From contig CAKTAM010000001.1 of NCBI GenBank assembly GCA_934527255.1, positions 1 through 47,939 of the forward strand: a stretch of 47,939 nt of DNA, read 5' to 3'. The position numbers and the translations under genes were made by a program. This DNA is from an uncultured Oscillospiraceae bacterium (GTDB lineage: Bacteria > Bacillota > Clostridia > Oscillospirales > Ruminococcaceae). A model generated the notes under the pieces. That model had not been told where the DNA came from and searched no databases. It saw nothing but the letters and a program-made list of their open reading frames with translations. Numbering within the stretch: the first letter of the stretch is position 1; every line of letters begins with the position of its first letter. This document shows, piece after piece, positions 45,429 to 47,939 of the stretch.

Positions 45429-46487
45429 ATGGAAGCGTTGAAAAGAGACTATGCCGAATATGCGGCATCGCAGGCAGTCGAGCTGCTGGCGATCGACAGC
45501 CCGACAGGCTTTACAAAGGCTGCGGCTGATTGGGTGCTGCAGGCGTTTGCGGGGCTGGGGTTTCCGGCCAGCCGCACCCTCAAGGGCGGTGTGCTGGTCG
45601 ACCTGGGCGGCGCAGGGGAAACGGACGCGCTGCTGCTGGAGGCGCACGCGGATACGCTGGGGGCCATGGTGGCCGAGGTAAAGACGGACGGCCGCCTGCG
45701 GCTGACGGCGCTGGGCGGAATGCGCGCCGAAAACGGCGAAACGGAAAACGTGCGCGTGTACACCCGCGGCGGCCGTGTGCTGGAGGGCACGCTGCAGCTG
45801 TGCAACGCCTCGGTGCATGTCAACGGCAGCTATGGCGACACCAAGCGCAGCTTTGATACTACCGAGGTCGTGCTGGATGAGGATGTGCACACTGCAGAGG
45901 AGACCCGCGCGCTGGGCGTGGAGGTCGGCGACATTGTCTGCTTTGAGCCACGCACCCGCATCACGGCCTCCGGCTATATCAAAAGCCGCTTTCTGGATGA
46001 CAAGCTGTCGGTAGGCATTCTGCTGGGGCTGGCAAAGTACCTGCGCGATTCTGGGCAGGCACCGGCCCGGCACACCTATGTGCATGTGACGGTGTATGAG
46101 GAGGTCGGCCATGGCGGCGCCGCCAGCGTACCGGCAGGCGTGACCGAGGCAATCAGCGTGGATATGGGCTGTGTGGGCGAGGGGCTGCAGTGCACCGAGC
46201 GCATGGTCTCCATCTGCGCCAAGGACTCGGGCGGCCCGTACAGCTATGATGTGGTCGGCGGGCTGATCGCAGCGGCCCGGCGTACCGGGGCGGCGTATGC
46301 GGTGGATGTTTACCCGCATTATGGCTCGGATGTGGAGGCGACGCTGGCCTCCGGCAGCGATATTCGTCACGGGCTGATCGGCGCGGGCGTATATGCCAGC
46401 CACGGGTACGAGCGCAGCCACATTGACGGCGTGTGGAACACCCTGCGGGTGCTGCAGGGGTATCTGCTGCCGGGGCAGCAGGCGTAA
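45429..46487 (+). CDS. M42 family metallopeptidase (glutamyl aminopeptidase/FrvX-like)
   Basis: LLAIDSPTGF, LLEAHADTLG, RFLDDKLS, VYEEVGHGGA (M42 metal-ligand pattern); GGGAGGGG RBS. Confidence 0.88.
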   Translation: MEALKRDYAEYAASQAVELLAIDSPTGFTKAAADWVLQAFAGLGFPASRTLKGGVLVDLGGAGETDALLLEAHADTLGAMVAEVKTDGRLRLTALGGMRAENGETENVRVYTRGGRVLEGTLQLCNASVHVNGSYGDTKRSFDTTEVVLDEDVHTAEETRALGVEVGDIVCFEPRTRITASGYIKSRFLDDKLSVGILLGLAKYLRDSGQAPARHTYVHVTVYEEVGHGGAASVPAGVTEAISVDMGCVGEGLQCTERMVSICAKDSGGPYSYDVVGGLIAAARRTGAAYAVDVYPHYGSDVEATLASGSDIRHGLIGAGVYASHGYERSHIDGVWNTLRVLQGYLLPGQQA

Positions 46488-46648
46488 AGCGCCTGTTTGT
46501 CCGCCGTACCGGACGGCGGGGGGCATTTCTGCCTGTGCCGCCCGGCGGCACGGCCGCGGCAAACCCGGCAGAAAAGCAAAAGAACGCGCAGCAAGGAAGA
46601 AACAAAACCTATTTGTTGGACAATGCAGTGGAATGTCTGATAAATGGG

Positions 46649-46677
46649 GCGCAGTTTCTCAAATGCTGCGCGTTTTT
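46649..46677 (+). terminator. rho-independent terminator (probably for the M42 peptidase gene)
   Basis: GCGCAG/CTGCGC stem, 11-nt loop, then G + T5. Confidence 0.5.
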
Positions 46678-46862
46678 ATGCGTGTTGACAGTGGCGGCCC
46701 GCTGTTGTCGGGCAAATGCAGCTGCACCGGAAGCGAAACGGGACAGGAAGCCCTGTCTGTGCCTGACCGAAAAGCGTCAGCCCCTTTGCGGGCGGCCGCG
46801 CAGGCGGCGCAAACGCCGAAGCTTCACGCGCCACCTGTGCCGGGCCTGCTAAAGAAGCCGGG

Positions 46863-47852
46863 TCACTTGCAGGGCAACTGCCGGTTCGCGGCCGTACCGG
46901 GAAGCCCTGTCGGCCCGGCCGCTTGGCTGGAGGCTGTGGGATGCGCGGTGCATGCCGCGGCATCCAAAAGCGGCGCTTCGGCATCTGCCCGTGCCAGCGA
47001 TGCCTGCGTAGGGGTAAGAATGGCCGACGGCGGGCTTTCCCCGGGCAGCGTCAGCTCGCCTGCGGCCAGCGCCTGCCGCACCGAAACGGGCAGCGGCTGC
47101 TGACGGCCGCGCAGCTCATCCATATGCAGCCAATAGCGCTGGGGCACATGGGTCATGCGGCAGCGGGGATTGTGCCGTGCCTGAATTTCGATGGTGTCGT
47201 AAAACTGCTTCCACAGGGCCTGAAAATCGGTCTCGCGGCTGTCGGGGGCGGGCAGCTGCAGGCTGTCCACACGGGCCAGACGGCTTTTTCCGCCTGCGGC
47301 GGCCAGCGCGCAATGGTGGGTCTCATCATAAATAAGGTAGCGTTCCCGCGGGAAGCGGGCCGAAAAGTGCGGCTCCAGAAACGGCAGCACCTGGTTTTTG
47401 GGCCGAATGCGGGCGACCAGTGTGCCGCCGTAATCGGTAAAGCGCAGAAACCCTGTCAGCAGGTGCGCTTCATTATGCAGGGCGCGGCTGGCGGCATACA
47501 GCGGGGCCACCTGCGGGTGGCCGGGCATGGCGGTCACACAGGGGCCTTTGGCAAAGCCCAGCTTCAAAAATTCCAGTATGGCCAGCTCACGCCGGGGCAG
47601 GGCGCTGTACCAGGCATCCAGCACCCATTGTTCCGCGCGTGCGCCCAGCCGGGCGCGGATGCCGTTCTGTACCCGCTGCGCCGGTTCGGCAGCCGTATCC
47701 ACCTGCCGCAGCCGATAAAGTGTCGGCTGCTCCTCTTCAAAGGGCCAGATCTCGCAGGGGTTCTCTTTATAGAAAAAAGCGGCCCAGACGCAGCACAGCA
47801 TACCGTCATAGGTGCCGTCGTAAGCGTAAACAAGGTCATCCGTGTGCGCCAT
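46863..47852 (-). CDS. DUF4130/TIGR03915-like 'probable DNA metabolism protein' (normally paired with a radical SAM protein), with an ~80-aa low-complexity C-terminal tail
   Basis: N-terminus LVYAYDGTYDGMLCCVWAAF and C-terminal core FQALWKQFYDTIEIQARHNPRCRMTHVPQRYW match my recollection of the family. Start at MAHTDD (AAAGGAG RBS). The expected upstream partner lies beyond the window. Confidence 0.75.
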   Translation of the reverse strand: MAHTDDLVYAYDGTYDGMLCCVWAAFFYKENPCEIWPFEEEQPTLYRLRQVDTAAEPAQRVQNGIRARLGARAEQWVLDAWYSALPRRELAILEFLKLGFAKGPCVTAMPGHPQVAPLYAASRALHNEAHLLTGFLRFTDYGGTLVARIRPKNQVLPFLEPHFSARFPRERYLIYDETHHCALAAAGGKSRLARVDSLQLPAPDSRETDFQALWKQFYDTIEIQARHNPRCRMTHVPQRYWLHMDELRGRQQPLPVSVRQALAAGELTLPGESPPSAILTPTQASLARADAEAPLLDAAACTAHPTASSQAAGPTGLPGTAANRQLPCK

Positions 47853-47939
47853 GGGAAGCCTGCTCCTTTCTCGGGGCCGGTTGGCCGATACCGGCTGCTT
47901 TTTATAAGCCAACCGTTCAGCGCAGCAGCTGGCTTACTG

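Noticed and set aside
46616-46644. Promoter-like TTGGAC-17-GATAAA directly upstream of the 46649-46677 hairpin.
   Set aside because: The predicted TSS would fall inside the terminator stem, giving a transcript of only a few dozen nt. More likely the hairpin simply terminates the M42 peptidase gene and the match is fortuitous AT-rich sequence.
1-47939. Scan for CRISPR repeats, IS or transposon inverted repeats, integrase/recombinase, phage, toxin-antitoxin, restriction-modification or other defence-type genes.
   Set aside because: None found. The only repeated sequence noted is the duplicated tRNA D-arm segment at 8-32 and 78-103, and all hairpins are single-copy terminator-like structures.

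Overview
High-GC (~63%) chromosomal segment that reads as a core housekeeping region of a Clostridia-type Firmicute. An Oscillospiraceae/Ruminococcaceae-like origin is only an inference from spoIIE, tmcAL, a GTP-type PEP carboxykinase and an archaeal-type ProRS. I can support about 36 CDSs, called from recognisable motifs plus RBS and start context. They cover cardiolipin synthase; two exported PPIase lipoproteins; a fructokinase/manA pair; nagA; tcdA; spoIIE; rhaB-rhaA; dusB; a ThrE-type exporter pair; and polA-rimI-tsaD. They also cover pck, acpP, proS, mntP, an LtaS-family enzyme, a TRIC channel, tmcAL, ackA, an Fe-S aldo/keto reductase, an M42 peptidase and a DUF4130/TIGR03915-like protein at the right edge. 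Non-coding features are a tRNA cut by the left edge, a tRNA-Pro-like 5' half fragment, a yybP-ykoY Mn2+ riboswitch upstream of mntP, several near-consensus sigma70 promoters and many rho-independent terminators. I see no CRISPR array, transposase, integrase, phage module, toxin-antitoxin pair or recognisable defence gene. I found no convincing multi-gene novel system. The many long overlapping or antisense ORFs in the track are GC-content artefacts. Items worth a second look: (1) an orphan ~220-nt structured RNA with its own promoter and terminator at 3.53-3.78 kb. (2) A consensus promoter, ~170-nt leader, 88-aa secreted protein and 0.53 kb of unassigned sequence at 6.4-7.4 kb. (3) An orphan lipoprotein fusing an unknown domain to a solute-binding domain. 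(4) A stand-alone 1110-aa polytopic membrane protein. (5) The radical-SAM-linked DNA-metabolism protein with an atypical tail at the window edge.
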